Assembly (NCBI GenBank): GCA_965199855.1 | Contig: OZ241326.1 | Coordinates: 2,688,001 to 2,752,000 of the forward strand | Direction: 5' to 3' | Length of the DNA: 64,000 bases | Source: a bacterium | GTDB lineage: Bacteria > UBA8248 | In this document: piece after piece, positions 20,765-33,784 of the stretch | How the letters are laid out: each line of letters begins with the position of its first letter | Position numbering within the stretch: the stretch's first letter is position 1 | The notes under the pieces: generated by a model | Seen by the model: only the letters and a program-made list of their open reading frames with translations | Told to the model about the DNA's origin: nothing | Databases searched by the model: none | Made by a program: the position numbers and the translations under genes

Positions 20765-21919
20765 TTGCCTGACGACAGGAGGAGTGCCGCGCGCCGCCAG
20801 GCGATGAATTCGCTCTCGCCGCCGATTTTCCAGACCGCGACTTTCGCCTTCGAGAACCCGGACGACCTGCGAGCCTTCCATCTCGGCGAGAAGGAGGCGT
20901 TTTTCTATTCGAGGTTCGGGAATCCGACGAACGAGTCCGCGGAGCGCCGCCTCGCCCTGATGGAAGGGGCGGAAGCCTCCCTCCTGTATGCGAGCGGCAT
21001 GGCGGCCCTCTCTTCGGCGCTTCTCTCCCTGCTGGCGCCGAAGGCGCGACTCGTCCTTCCCCGGGAATGCTACCGGCACACGAGGGACGTCGCCGAGGGT
21101 CTCCTCGCGCGCTACGGCGTCCGCGTCGATATTCTGCCGGACAACGCGGCCGAATCCCTGGAGGCGCTCCCCGACGGGCAGGCGCGGGTGCTGTTCGCGG
21201 AAATTCCCTCCAACCCCACGCTTCGGGTGCCGGACGTCGGGCGAATGGCCGAATGGGCGCGCAAGAGAAAAGCCAGGTTCGTCGTGGACGCGACCGTCGC
21301 CTCCCCCGCCCTGTTCCGCCCGCTCGAGCACGGAGCCGATCTGTCGATCCAAAGCGCGACGAAATACATCGGCGGGCACAACGACGTCGTCGCGGGCGCG
21401 GCGTCGGGCGCGCGGGACGTCATCGACGCGCTGCGCGAGCAGCGAACCCTGCTGGGCTCCGTCCTCGGGCCGCAGGATGCGTTTCTGGTCGAACGGGGAC
21501 TGAAAACGCTTGACCTGCGCGTCCGGCGCATGAGCGAGACGGCGCTCAAACTGGCCGAATTCCTCTCGGGCCATCCGAAAGTCGCCCGCATTCATTACCC
21601 CGGACTCGCGTCCCATCCGGATCACGCGCGCGCCGCCCGGTATATGGACGCCTTCGGCGGACTGCTCAGCTTCGAGCCCGAAGGCGGCCCCGAAAAGGCG
21701 GGCGCTCTGGTCGCCTCTCTCCGGGCGCCTGTCCTCGCTCCGGGCTTCGGCGGCGCGGAGAGCCAGGCGGAGCATCACGTCGATATGGCCTACGCCGACG
21801 TCGGGGCGGAGGGCGCCGCGAGCCGGGGCGTCTCCGCGAGGCTGATTCGATATTCGGCGGGACTCGAGGATTTCGAGGCGCTGAGGGACGACCTCGCCGA
21901 AGGGCTGAAAAAACTCTGA
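20765..21919 (+). CDS. Cys/Met metabolism PLP enzyme (cystathionine gamma-synthase/lyase family)
   Basis: PIFQTATF, YSRFGNPT, ASGMAA, EIPSNPTL, SATKYIGGHND and RGLKTL. Confidence 0.9.
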   Translation: MPDDRRSAARRQAMNSLSPPIFQTATFAFENPDDLRAFHLGEKEAFFYSRFGNPTNESAERRLALMEGAEASLLYASGMAALSSALLSLLAPKARLVLPRECYRHTRDVAEGLLARYGVRVDILPDNAAESLEALPDGQARVLFAEIPSNPTLRVPDVGRMAEWARKRKARFVVDATVASPALFRPLEHGADLSIQSATKYIGGHNDVVAGAASGARDVIDALREQRTLLGSVLGPQDAFLVERGLKTLDLRVRRMSETALKLAEFLSGHPKVARIHYPGLASHPDHARAARYMDAFGGLLSFEPEGGPEKAGALVASLRAPVLAPGFGGAESQAEHHVDMAYADVGAEGAASRGVSARLIRYSAGLEDFEALRDDLAEGLKKL

Positions 21920-21920
21920 A

Positions 21921-22529
21921 TCAACTCCCGCCGCGCGAGAGAGAGGGCGCCCGCCTGATGAGCCAGCGGGTGCGCACCCACATTGTTTCCCCCGCCCAGC
22001 GTCCCGACTTCACCTGAACCCGGGTGAAGCCGCGGCTGTCCGCGGAAAGGACGGCCACGCGCGTTCCGGGCGCGAGCCTGTAGGGATAGCTGGCGCCGCG
22101 CGGCGCGCGGTAGCCGCCCGCGAAATTGAGCGGCAGCCCCCGATATGCGCGGCGGACGTATCTCGTATTCACGCGCGCTTCGCTTCCGCCTGCGGGCTTT
22201 CCGGCCGACGCCTTCTTCGGCGCCGGCTGCGGCGCGCCCTGCTCCCGCGCGGACTTCGCCTTCAGCCCCTTGAATTTCTCCTCGGCGCTGGACGCCGCGT
22301 CCCGAAGCCGCAGTTTGAATTCGTTCAGCGACCTGCCGTGATTCGCCAGTATCTGCGTGTGGGCGAGCAGCTGGCTGCGAATCGCGCCGACTTCCTTTCG
22401 GGTCTCCTCCCTGTCCTTCTCGTAGGCGGCCCGCCGCACCCCGAGGCCGCAGCCGGAGATCAACAGAGCAAGCCCGCAGGCAAGCCCCGCGCGCAGCCGC
22501 CCTCCTCGCGCGTCCTTCCGCAGGCTCAT
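21921..22529 (-). CDS. Putative lipoprotein (coiled coil + SH3-like C-terminus)
   Basis: Lipobox-like LLISGC; C-terminal LAPGTRVAVL...RVQVKSG...WV. Confidence 0.6.
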   Translation of the reverse strand: MSLRKDARGGRLRAGLACGLALLISGCGLGVRRAAYEKDREETRKEVGAIRSQLLAHTQILANHGRSLNEFKLRLRDAASSAEEKFKGLKAKSAREQGAPQPAPKKASAGKPAGGSEARVNTRYVRRAYRGLPLNFAGGYRAPRGASYPYRLAPGTRVAVLSADSRGFTRVQVKSGRWAGETMWVRTRWLIRRAPSLSRGGS

Positions 22530-23359
22530 ACGGGGTACCATCCCTCGATGGGGGGCATCACCACCAGTTCGCTCTCCAGTTCGACGACGCCGGCGCACTC
22601 TCTGGCGATCCCCTCGGCCAGCTCCTTCTCCTCGTCGCTGTTGACCCGCCCGTGCAGGAGCAGCTTGCCGGGCTCGGGGCAGTCCACCACGACGCCGCTC
22701 GCGTCGATGCGCTCATCCGTCATGATGGTCGCCTTGACCTTCTGCGCGAAGGCCAGATTCCGGAGCCTTTGGGAGTCCGCCGGCTGAGCCCGCGAGAATT
22801 TTTCACCCCGCAGGACGCCCGCCAGCAGGCGCATCGCCATCTCCTCGCCGAACAGCCCCGTGTTCAGCACGAGGTCGAAATGACTCGCGTCCCCCCACCG
22901 GACGTCGAAGAAATGGCGCGTGTAGGCCATTCGTTCATGATCGTTGTGACGGATGAACTGCTCCGCCATGGCCGGGGTGATGCCCTCGTTCCGCACCAGC
23001 GCGCGCCGCCGATATTCACGGGGCGCGACGACGCGCGCCCGGAACACGCCCTCGATTCCCTGCAGCAGGATGTTGGAGCCGCGGCCCAAGATGACGAAAT
23101 TGTCTTTCAGGGCCGATTCATACACGATGGCGCGCATGATGTCGAGATACACGAGCTGCCTGTCCCGAAAGAAGCGATCCACCAGCCCGGGCTTTCGCTC
23201 GTCCACCTGCTCGAGTTCGGCCCGGACATAGCCGTAGGACTGCGCCGCCTCCGCGAACCCGTCGTTGTCCAGGAGGGACCAGCCCAGCTCCTCGGCGACT
23301 TTCTTGGCGATCACGTCGCCGCCGCTTCCCAGCTCTCTCGATATCGTCAGGATCCCCAT
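22526..23359 (-). CDS. Cytidylate kinase-like family protein with C-terminal BON domain
   Basis: TISRELGSGG..IAKKVAEELG, VILGRG, FDLVLNT, then a BON-like region (LHGRVNSDEEKELAEGIARECAGV). Confidence 0.82.
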   Translation of the reverse strand: MGILTISRELGSGGDVIAKKVAEELGWSLLDNDGFAEAAQSYGYVRAELEQVDERKPGLVDRFFRDRQLVYLDIMRAIVYESALKDNFVILGRGSNILLQGIEGVFRARVVAPREYRRRALVRNEGITPAMAEQFIRHNDHERMAYTRHFFDVRWGDASHFDLVLNTGLFGEEMAMRLLAGVLRGEKFSRAQPADSQRLRNLAFAQKVKATIMTDERIDASGVVVDCPEPGKLLLHGRVNSDEEKELAEGIARECAGVVELESELVVMPPIEGWYPV

Positions 23360-23503
23360 CGTCGGCCCTCCAGACTGCGGGCGGCGGCGCATCGAAGCGC
23401 GCCCATGGCGCTCCTCGCCAGCCGTCGCGTCAAGCCCCTTTCCGACCCTCAGACAATCGCCGGGCGCCATCGCGGCGGCCCGGGCCGCCGTCCCCCCGGT
23501 ACG

Positions 23504-25249
23504 TCATTTGCGGCTCGCTCGTTTGAACTTTTCCAGTTGCACCCGAAAATAGCGGTTTCCCGGCTCCAGTTCAATGGCTCTCTGGATGAGCGGAAGCGCC
23601 TTGACCGACTGCCCGTTCAGGTAGTGCAGCTCCGCCAGGGTATCCAGGTAGGCCGGCGTATCGGGCTGAATTTCGAGCGACCGCTTGGAAAGCCGGATGC
23701 CGCGCTCGATGTCCTTCTTCTCCGTCGCGTGAAACCACGCCAGACGGTTGAGGGCGCGCGCCGAGTTTCCGTCTATTTCGAGCGCCCGCCTCAGCGCCTT
23801 CTTCGACTCTTCCGCCTGCCCGCTTTCCCAGAGAAAATCGCCCAGTTCCACCAGGGCGAGGGAGGAGCGCGGCCGCTTCTTCACCAAATCCCCGAGCATC
23901 CTGCGGGCGGTCGTCTTGCGGCCTCTCGATTTGTGAAGCCGGGCGATGCGAATGGGCATATCGACGTCATCGGGGTCCAGCGCGCCCGCCTTCTCATACA
24001 CGGCGATCGCCTCCCTGTCCCGGCCCTGCGCTTCGAGAAGCGCGCCCAGGCGAACGTATCCGTCCAGCCAGTCGGGGGAGAGCGAAACGACTTTTTTATA
24101 CGCGCGGACGGCCTCGCCCGTTCGGTTCATCTCGACCAGGGCGGCGCCCAGCAGAAAATGCAGCCTCGCGCTGTCCGCCGCTTTCTTGATGGCGTCCCTC
24201 AGCAGGCGCGCGGCCTCCGCCGGCCGCTTCTCGGAGATGAGGCGCTCCGCGTCGATGAAAATCCGCTCCGCCGGCGCGGCGCGCCTCGCGGACGCGGCCG
24301 CTTTCGGCCGGGCGGCTTCGACGCGCGCCGCCACGGCCTCGAGCCGCCTTTTCAGGACGACGTCCTCGGGCTCGCGCCGGAAAGCCTCCCGATACGTTTC
24401 CAGCGCCTCCGGGAGACGCCCGCTGCGAACGTACAGGTCTCCGAGCAGAATCATGCCTTCGATGTGCCCGGGACTGTCCGCGAGAAGGGCGCGCGCTTCG
24501 CGTATGGCGTCCCCGACGCGGTTGCGCCGCGCGAGAACCTTCGCCAGGAGGTATCGTGCGACGCTCTGATTGCCGCCGCCCTCAACTTCCAGCGCCTTTC
24601 TCAGGCTGATCGCCGCCTGCTCGAACTCCCCTTTGCCTTCATGGCGAATCGCCTCCGCGATATGCTCTTTCCGCCGTCTTTCAGCCGCGGGCCCGGGGCC
24701 TTCCCGCTCGCCGGATTCCGGCCGCGCGCGAACCTTCGCCTCCCAGACGGCGTCGAGGCGCCTCCAGATGCTCCAGAAATACTGCGGAGATTCGCGGGGC
24801 ATCGCGGCAGCGGCGGCGCCGGCGGCCAGAACCAGAGCCAGCCCCGCCGCGATCCGCATCCGTTGCTTGGAAAACAGGGGCTTGGGGGCGGGCGTCGGCT
24901 CGACGTCCGGCATCACCGATCTGCCCTCGAACCTCGCCGCCGGGCTGATCTTCATTTTGGGGGTCGCAACGTCGCCCCGATGATGGCATCCGTCGCCGAG
25001 CTCGACGCGCCGCTCCGCGCGTATCAAGCCCCGGGTATGGCCGTAATTGACGAATTCCGTCGCTCGCATGTCGCCCTCGGCCCTTCCCGTCTCCGCGATT
25101 TCGAGGCGTCCCTCGCCGTTGATTTCGCCCCTGAAGTCCCCGCCCATGAGAACCTTGCCACGGAAGAGCAGGGAGCCCTCAAGGCGCGTCTCCGGGCCGA
25201 TGAAGGAAAAATCAAGCTGCGGCCGCAAGCCTGGGGGTCGATGTCGCAT
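23504..25249 (-). CDS. Bactofilin (polymer-forming cytoskeletal) domain + TM + TPR-repeat protein
   Basis: N-terminal SFIGPETRLEGSLLF..G..RGEI..L.I..TGRAEGD...G.V.T....I...ARFEG, one hydrophobic segment and many TPR motifs. Confidence 0.78.
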   Translation of the reverse strand: MRHRPPGLRPQLDFSFIGPETRLEGSLLFRGKVLMGGDFRGEINGEGRLEIAETGRAEGDMRATEFVNYGHTRGLIRAERRVELGDGCHHRGDVATPKMKISPAARFEGRSVMPDVEPTPAPKPLFSKQRMRIAAGLALVLAAGAAAAAMPRESPQYFWSIWRRLDAVWEAKVRARPESGEREGPGPAAERRRKEHIAEAIRHEGKGEFEQAAISLRKALEVEGGGNQSVARYLLAKVLARRNRVGDAIREARALLADSPGHIEGMILLGDLYVRSGRLPEALETYREAFRREPEDVVLKRRLEAVAARVEAARPKAAASARRAAPAERIFIDAERLISEKRPAEAARLLRDAIKKAADSARLHFLLGAALVEMNRTGEAVRAYKKVVSLSPDWLDGYVRLGALLEAQGRDREAIAVYEKAGALDPDDVDMPIRIARLHKSRGRKTTARRMLGDLVKKRPRSSLALVELGDFLWESGQAEESKKALRRALEIDGNSARALNRLAWFHATEKKDIERGIRLSKRSLEIQPDTPAYLDTLAELHYLNGQSVKALPLIQRAIELEPGNRYFRVQLEKFKRASRK

Positions 25250-25350
25250 GAGCCGTTTCCGATAAAGGCGTCAGTTTGCGAGCCTCAACGAGCCCGCATG
25301 AGCCGCATTTTACCAAAACGCGCGAAAATCGCGCCAATCCGCATTTCGCC

Positions 25351-26664
25351 TCAAAGCCGGCCGGCGCGGCCGGAGAGCGCGTGAAACCAGAAAACCTCCT
25401 GCCCCCATCCCTCGCCGAGGATCAGGCGATCCTGCCCGGCCGGCGGCGTCCAGGGCCTTTCGGGAGCGCCTCTCGCCACGTCCCTGTAGGTGAAGGCGCG
25501 CTTTTCGCCCCGCGCGGACAGCCCGAGCCGCGCGCGCGCCGCCCGTATGACCGAAGCGCCGGAGAAGGGCTTCGCACGAGACGCGAAATAGATGCGGTAG
25601 CTTTTCGATTCGTCCCGCAGCCTCATCGTAAAGCGGGAATAGGCGTCGGGACGCAACAGAACCGCCTCGCCCCTCTTTTCCGCCGAACCCAGCAGCTCGG
25701 AGACTTTTCCGGCCTCATCAATCGAGAACCCGTAGACGTATAAAGGGGCATAGACCCGCAATCTTCCGAGAACGAGCGCATGGGAGGGAATCGTCTCTCC
25801 GCCGTAGAGTTTTTTTCTGACGCCGTTCCTGTTCATCCGCTCGATGGCGGCCTCAAACAAGGGACGCCCCCAGGACTTTCGGGGAGCGGGCCTTGCGCGC
25901 GGACGAGCGAACGCCCTTTTCGTCAGCCACGCGCGCGGAACGGCGCGAAGGGGCAGGGCGACCCGGGCGTATCCGAGGGAGGGACGGGAGGCCCGGCGGC
26001 GAACCGCCTCCCCGAAAACGTCCCTTATCCCCCTTCTGTAATAGCCGGAGCGAGACGGCGCGTTCAGCGCGAGCGCCGCCCAGACGCGAACCCGGTTTTC
26101 ATCCAGGGCGTATGCGCCATAGACGGCCGCCTCCGCTCCCAGCATCGAGGCCGCGTATATCGCCGACTCCTCCCCATACCGGCTCGCGCGCGCCTTCGGC
26201 CACAAGCCCTCCAGTGGATGATCGGCGTCCAGCTCCCGCGCGGAGGCGTAGCGAATTTCCACCTCGCCTCCTTCCCCCCCGGCGGGCGGCGTCCGATGGT
26301 CAGAAAACGCTTCCTGCCACGCCGCGCCCGTCCGCCCGCCGACGACGCGAAAAACATCCGCCTCGGCCAACCGGCGCCGCACGGCCTGCTCGATCCGAAG
26401 GCTCAGCGTCGTCCGGGCGCCCGAGCGCGCCTCGGCGAATCCGGCGACGACCACCCGCAGCGGCCTGCTCCGCGCCCTCCCTTCGGAATCTCCTTGAAGG
26501 CGATCCTCCCTCGCGGACGCCGCCAGGGAGCCGACCAGCCCTCCCGCCGCTTCGCCGAGCGAAGGGCGGCGCGCGCCCGCGTCGCGCCAGGGGATGGGTT
26601 CGTAGCGGGCGCAGGAGAGCATCGACAGCGCAAGGGAGAAGAGCAGGCCGGAGAATAGACGCAC
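25351..26664 (-). CDS. Putative lipoprotein of unknown function
   Basis: Signal peptide with lipobox-like SMLSC; starts 12 nt after kdsA on the same strand. Confidence 0.6.
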   Translation of the reverse strand: MRLFSGLLFSLALSMLSCARYEPIPWRDAGARRPSLGEAAGGLVGSLAASAREDRLQGDSEGRARSRPLRVVVAGFAEARSGARTTLSLRIEQAVRRRLAEADVFRVVGGRTGAAWQEAFSDHRTPPAGGEGGEVEIRYASARELDADHPLEGLWPKARASRYGEESAIYAASMLGAEAAVYGAYALDENRVRVWAALALNAPSRSGYYRRGIRDVFGEAVRRRASRPSLGYARVALPLRAVPRAWLTKRAFARPRARPAPRKSWGRPLFEAAIERMNRNGVRKKLYGGETIPSHALVLGRLRVYAPLYVYGFSIDEAGKVSELLGSAEKRGEAVLLRPDAYSRFTMRLRDESKSYRIYFASRAKPFSGASVIRAARARLGLSARGEKRAFTYRDVARGAPERPWTPPAGQDRLILGEGWGQEVFWFHALSGRAGRL

Positions 26665-26675
26665 CGCCTGAAGCC

Positions 26676-27509
26676 CTATCGGGCGCCCAGGCGCGCCGAA
26701 TCTATCGCCCGCAGGGAGGCGAGGAGGGGTTCAAGGTCGTCAAGGCTGATCATGTTGGGGCCATCGGAGAGGGCCTCGTCCGGCTTCGGGTGGCATTCGA
26801 TGAAGAACGCATCGACGCCCACGCCGGCCGCTGCGCGCGCCAGGTGGGGAGCCATGCGCCTGTCCCCTCCCGAGCTCTCGCCGAGTCCGCCCGGAGATTG
26901 AACGCTGTGCGTCGCGTCGAAAACGACGGGGTAGCTGCATTCGCGCATCCGGACGAGCGAGCGCATATCGACCACCAGGTCGCGGTAGCCGAAGCTGGCG
27001 CCTCTTTCGGTGAGAAGAATCCGCCGACAGCCCGCCTCTTCGAGCTTGCCGACCACGTTCTTCATGTCCTCCGGGGCCATGAACTGCCCCTTTTTCACGT
27101 TTACGGGCTTGCCGGCGCTCCCCGCCGCGCGCAGAAGATCCGTCTGGCGGCACAAAAAAGCGGGAACCTGAACGGCGTCCAGCGCGCGCGCCGCGCGCGC
27201 GGCCTCGTCGGGGCCGTGAACGTCGGACATCACCGGAAGGCCGGTCTCCTCCCGCACCCTGGCGAGGATTTCGAGTCCCCTCCCGATGCCGGGGCCGCGC
27301 GGAGAGCGCCCCGAGCTGCGGTTCGCCTTGTCGTAGGAGGCCTTGAACACCGCGCCCACCCCGCACGCATCCGCCGCCTCCCTGATTTTTTCCGCGCATC
27401 GCCTCGCGAGATCCTCGCTCTCGATCACGCAAGGCCCCGCGATGAGGCACGGCGCGCCCTCCAGCCCGAAGGAGACGTCCCCGATTTTCACGACGTTTCT
27501 TTCCGTCAT
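26676..27509 (-). CDS. kdsA: KDO-8-phosphate synthase
   Basis: [47 protein letters not shown] and DATHSVQ. Confidence 0.97.
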   Translation of the reverse strand: MTERNVVKIGDVSFGLEGAPCLIAGPCVIESEDLARRCAEKIREAADACGVGAVFKASYDKANRSSGRSPRGPGIGRGLEILARVREETGLPVMSDVHGPDEAARAARALDAVQVPAFLCRQTDLLRAAGSAGKPVNVKKGQFMAPEDMKNVVGKLEEAGCRRILLTERGASFGYRDLVVDMRSLVRMRECSYPVVFDATHSVQSPGGLGESSGGDRRMAPHLARAAAGVGVDAFFIECHPKPDEALSDGPNMISLDDLEPLLASLRAIDSARLGAR

Positions 27510-27552
27510 GCTCCCGTCTTCTCCGGGCTTCGCGCCGGGCGCGGCCGCGCTT

Positions 27553-29972
<2,420 letters not shown>

Positions 29973-29993
29973 GCTCCCCTCCCGGGGCGGCGT

Positions 29994-31373
29994 CTAATAC
30001 GCATTTTTGTTGATCAGCCCCTTCCAGATCGTAAGCCACAAAATCTTGACGTCGAAGCCCAGCGACCAGTTTTCGATGTAGTGGAGGTCGAACTCGATTC
30101 TTTTCTCGATGGAGGTGTTCCCGCGCCATCCGTTCACCTGCGCCCAGCCCGTCATCCCGGACTTCATCTTGTGGCGCAGCATGTAGCCGGGCACGGAGCG
30201 CCTGAATTCCTCGACGAATACCGGACGCTCGGGCCTCGGGCCCACCAGACTCATTTCGCCGCGGAGCACGTTGAGCAGCTGCGGGAGCTCGTCGAGGCTC
30301 GTTTTTCTGAGGATCGCGCCGATCCAGGTGCGCCGGTCGTCGTCCTCGCGCGCCCACACCGCGCCCGATTCCGCCTCGGCGTCCGTTCGCATGGAACGAA
30401 ACTTGTACATCTCGAACCGGACGCCGTCCAGCCCCATTCTCTCCTGGCGGTAAAGGACGGGCCCCGGGCTCGTCCACCTCACGGCGAGCGCGATGGCGCC
30501 CATCAGCGGACTCAAAATCAGCAGGGCAAGGGCGCCCAGGGAGTAATCCATCATCACCTTCATCCAGCGGCTCCAGCCCAGAAGCGGAGTCTGCGACAGG
30601 AGAATCACCGGCAGGCCGTCCAGCTCCTCGATGCCGGCGTTCAGCCGCATGTGCTCGACGGCGTCGGGCACCAGGCGGATGTCCACGCTCGAATCCGCCA
30701 GATCGCCCAGCAGCCGCTCCGCCTCGGCGCGCAAATCCGGAGAAAGCGCCACGTAGACCTCGTCGATGCGCTCTCTCTCCACCACCTCGCGCGCCTCGTC
30801 CAGCATTCCCAGCGCCGGCGCGTCTCCGCCCTCGGAGAGGTGGCCCGCGACCTGAAAGCCGAGATAGCGATACGACTCCAGACGCTCCGCGAGCCGGCGC
30901 GCGAGGGGCGTCGTTCCCGCGATGAGGATGCGCCGCATGTCCACCCCCCGCCGCCTCAGATGGCGAACCAGCGACCAGACCACCCGCCGGACGGAGAAGA
31001 GAAGCGCGGGCCCCAGCCCCATGAACAGGACGATCAGCGCGCGGCTGTAGCTTTGCTCCCGATAGAAGAACATGAACAAGGCGATGAACAGCACCGTCCA
31101 GATCATCGTGCCCGTGAGGCGGATGATTTCCTGCGCGCTCTTGAGGCCGGCCCGGTAATGATACAGATGCGAAATTCTCGCGGCGAGAAGCCAGGCGGCG
31201 AGAAGCAGGGGCAGCAGAACCAGATAGACGCCCGGGTCGGGAACCCCGAGCGTGGCGGGGATGACGCCCGCCCCGAAGCGAAGCCAGTAGGCCCCGAGCC
31301 ACGCCAGGGTCAGCGCAACGGCGTCCCCGGCGAAGAGGAGGAGCACGTTCAACTGGCCGTATTTGCTCAGCAT
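29994..31373 (-). CDS. Undecaprenyl-phosphate glucose phosphotransferase (WcaJ family)
   Basis: N-terminal TMs; KFRSM, LRKTSLDELPQLLNVLRGEMSLVGPRPERP, GMTGWAQVNG and DLHYIENWS. Confidence 0.93.
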   Translation of the reverse strand: MLSKYGQLNVLLLFAGDAVALTLAWLGAYWLRFGAGVIPATLGVPDPGVYLVLLPLLLAAWLLAARISHLYHYRAGLKSAQEIIRLTGTMIWTVLFIALFMFFYREQSYSRALIVLFMGLGPALLFSVRRVVWSLVRHLRRRGVDMRRILIAGTTPLARRLAERLESYRYLGFQVAGHLSEGGDAPALGMLDEAREVVERERIDEVYVALSPDLRAEAERLLGDLADSSVDIRLVPDAVEHMRLNAGIEELDGLPVILLSQTPLLGWSRWMKVMMDYSLGALALLILSPLMGAIALAVRWTSPGPVLYRQERMGLDGVRFEMYKFRSMRTDAEAESGAVWAREDDDRRTWIGAILRKTSLDELPQLLNVLRGEMSLVGPRPERPVFVEEFRRSVPGYMLRHKMKSGMTGWAQVNGWRGNTSIEKRIEFDLHYIENWSLGFDVKILWLTIWKGLINKNAY

Positions 31374-31453
31374 GATCCACCGCCTCTCGTCGAACCCGGC
31401 CGCGCGCTCCTAGCGCAAAAGATTTCAGGGCGCCCGCATTCTACCAGCATCGC

Positions 31454-32650
31454 TCAGCCGTCCTCGGCGAATTTCTCGATGCGCTCCCGATGCTCCCGCA
31501 AGCCCCGCGCGAAGCGCTCGGCCGCCTTCTTCTTGAAGTCCTCGCGGCCGAAGCGCTCCGCCTGCCGGCGCGCGGCGCGCGGCGAGAAGCGGCCCTCCAT
31601 CTCCTCGAACGCGAGCACCGCTTCCGCGATATGCTCCGCGTCGGAGCGGGCGAAAAACATTCCCGTGGGCGCCGCCGCGCCGCCGTTCGCCTCCTCCCAC
31701 GGGGCGAAGCCGGGCGGCGGCTCATATTCCTCCGCGTTCACGCCCACGACGGTCTCGAGCGCGCCGCCCGCGCCAAGAGCCAGCACCGGGCGGCCGCAGG
31801 CCTGCGCCTCAAGCGGCGTGATGCCGAAATCCTCCTCTCCCGGAAAGATGAAGGCGCGGCACCCCCGATACAGCTCCCGGATGGTCTCATCGTCCTGCCA
31901 GCCCAGGAATTCCACGTTGGGCTTCGCCATCGCGCGGACGCGCTCGAACTCCTGTCCCGCTCCCGCCACCTTGAGGGGTCGGCCAAGCCGGCCGAACGCC
32001 TCGACCGCTATGTCCACGCGCTTGTAGGGCGCAAACGCCGTGACCATCAGATAATACTCCGAGGCGCGCCCGTCCGCCGGCCTATAGAACTCCGTATCCA
32101 CCGGGGGATAGAGCACGTCCGCCTCCCTCCCGTAATAGCGGCGGATGCGCTCCGCCACCGTGCGGCTGTTGGCGATGAACTCGTGCACCCCCTTGTTCGC
32201 CTCATTGTCCCAGCGCCTCAGATACTCGACAACGCGGGGAAAGAGCCGCCGCGCCGCGCCGCCCAGGCGGGAGCGATATTCCTCATACCCGCTCCAGGCG
32301 TAACGCATCGGCGTATGGCAGTAGCTGATGTGGCAGGCGTCGCGCCCTCCCCGCGCTCCCTTGGCGACGCAGTGCGAGCTCGAGAGGATGAAGTCGTATC
32401 CCTCGAGCGGAAGCATCCTCACGGCCGTCGGCATCAGGGGCAGCAGATGCCGGTAGCCGCGCCCGGCGCCGGGAATCCACTGCAGGGGGCTGGTGCGGAT
32501 GGAATGCCGCTCGATGGCCTCCGAAACCGACCCCGGCAGGTGAAGCAGGGTGAAAATGTCCGCCTCCGGGTAAATTTCACAGAACGCCTCGAGGCACTTC
32601 TCCCCGCCTCTCATGCCTGTGAGCCAATCGTGAACGATAGCGACCTTCAT
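31454..32650 (-). CDS. Glycosyltransferase family 4
   Basis: MKVAIVHDWLTGMRGGE, YCHTPMRYAW and EDFGITPLEAQACGRPV. Confidence 0.93.
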   Translation of the reverse strand: MKVAIVHDWLTGMRGGEKCLEAFCEIYPEADIFTLLHLPGSVSEAIERHSIRTSPLQWIPGAGRGYRHLLPLMPTAVRMLPLEGYDFILSSSHCVAKGARGGRDACHISYCHTPMRYAWSGYEEYRSRLGGAARRLFPRVVEYLRRWDNEANKGVHEFIANSRTVAERIRRYYGREADVLYPPVDTEFYRPADGRASEYYLMVTAFAPYKRVDIAVEAFGRLGRPLKVAGAGQEFERVRAMAKPNVEFLGWQDDETIRELYRGCRAFIFPGEEDFGITPLEAQACGRPVLALGAGGALETVVGVNAEEYEPPPGFAPWEEANGGAAAPTGMFFARSDAEHIAEAVLAFEEMEGRFSPRAARRQAERFGREDFKKKAAERFARGLREHRERIEKFAEDG

Positions 32651-32665
32651 GCGCGCTCCGGAAGC

Positions 32666-33784
32666 CTACGCCCCGGCGGGCCGGGAAGCCGCCTCCCCAG
32701 ACGGGCGTTCGAGCGCGTCCCCGTAGGCGCGCCGCGTTTCGGAGGCGAGCGTCTCCCAGCGGAACAGGCGCGCGCGCTCCCTGGCTTTTTCGCCGAGCGC
32801 GTCCCTGAGGCCCGGCTCCCTGAGCATCCGCAGCATCGCGTTTCGCAGGGCGTCCCTGTCCCCTTCGGGAACGATGATCCCCGCGTCGCCGACCACCTCG
32901 GGCAGGGCGGCGGCGTCCGAGACAATCGGCGGCGTCCCGCAGGCCATGGCCTCCAGGGGGGGGTAGCCAAACCCCTCATAGCGCGAGGGGAACACCAGGG
33001 CGATGGCGGAGCGATAGACGCCGGGCAGCGCCTCTTGCGGAACCCGTCCCAGAAAGACGACTTCTCTCGCCAGGCCCAAAGAGCGCAAAACGGCTTCGAG
33101 CGCCCCCGTCTCGCCCGTCAGGAGGAGGCGAACCCCGCTCTCTTCCTTCAGCAAATCCGCGAAGGCGTGAAGCAGCAGCGGCAGGTTCTTGTGACGCTTG
33201 TGGTTGCCCGCGTAGAAGAAGTAGGGCGCATCGCCCGGCTCTTCCAGCGCCTCGGGCGCGGGCGCCTCCCCCCAGCCAGGCGGCAGCGCATTGTAGGTCA
33301 CGCGAATTTTCTCCTCCGGGACGTCCGCGTGCTCCGAAATATCCTTCTTCGTATGCTGGGAAACTGTGAGAATCAGACGCGCCCTTCGCGCCGTTCGCCT
33401 CAGCATCCACTTCGAGACGCGCCAGTGAAGCGGGGAGGGGCAAAGCGCCGGGAAGAGCTGATGAATCAGGTCGTGAATCGTCGCCACCATGGGCGTCCCG
33501 CCGAAAAAAGGCGCGAAGTAATGCGGATGGTGAATCAGGTCGAGGCGCGCGCGCGCCGCCAGCAGGGGCAGCAGAGTCTGCTCGGCCGCGGAATAGAGCG
33601 GCGCCGCGCAGGCCACCCGCCTGAAATTGCTCCCCAGATCGGCGCAGGACTCCATGTCCTCCTTCCGCAGGAACAGGACGTATTCCGTCTCCCCATCATG
33701 CCGGCTCAGCCCGGCGAGCAGGCTCCGCAGATAGGTTCCCATGCCGCTCATGGAGAGCATCCGGGCGTCGATTCCTACACGCAT
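32666..33784 (-). CDS. Glycosyltransferase family 4 (GT-B)
   Basis: Start MRVGIDARM; TIHDL, HKNL and FPSRYEGFGYPPLEAMACGTP. Confidence 0.92.
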   Translation of the reverse strand: MRVGIDARMLSMSGMGTYLRSLLAGLSRHDGETEYVLFLRKEDMESCADLGSNFRRVACAAPLYSAAEQTLLPLLAARARLDLIHHPHYFAPFFGGTPMVATIHDLIHQLFPALCPSPLHWRVSKWMLRRTARRARLILTVSQHTKKDISEHADVPEEKIRVTYNALPPGWGEAPAPEALEEPGDAPYFFYAGNHKRHKNLPLLLHAFADLLKEESGVRLLLTGETGALEAVLRSLGLAREVVFLGRVPQEALPGVYRSAIALVFPSRYEGFGYPPLEAMACGTPPIVSDAAALPEVVGDAGIIVPEGDRDALRNAMLRMLREPGLRDALGEKARERARLFRWETLASETRRAYGDALERPSGEAASRPAGA

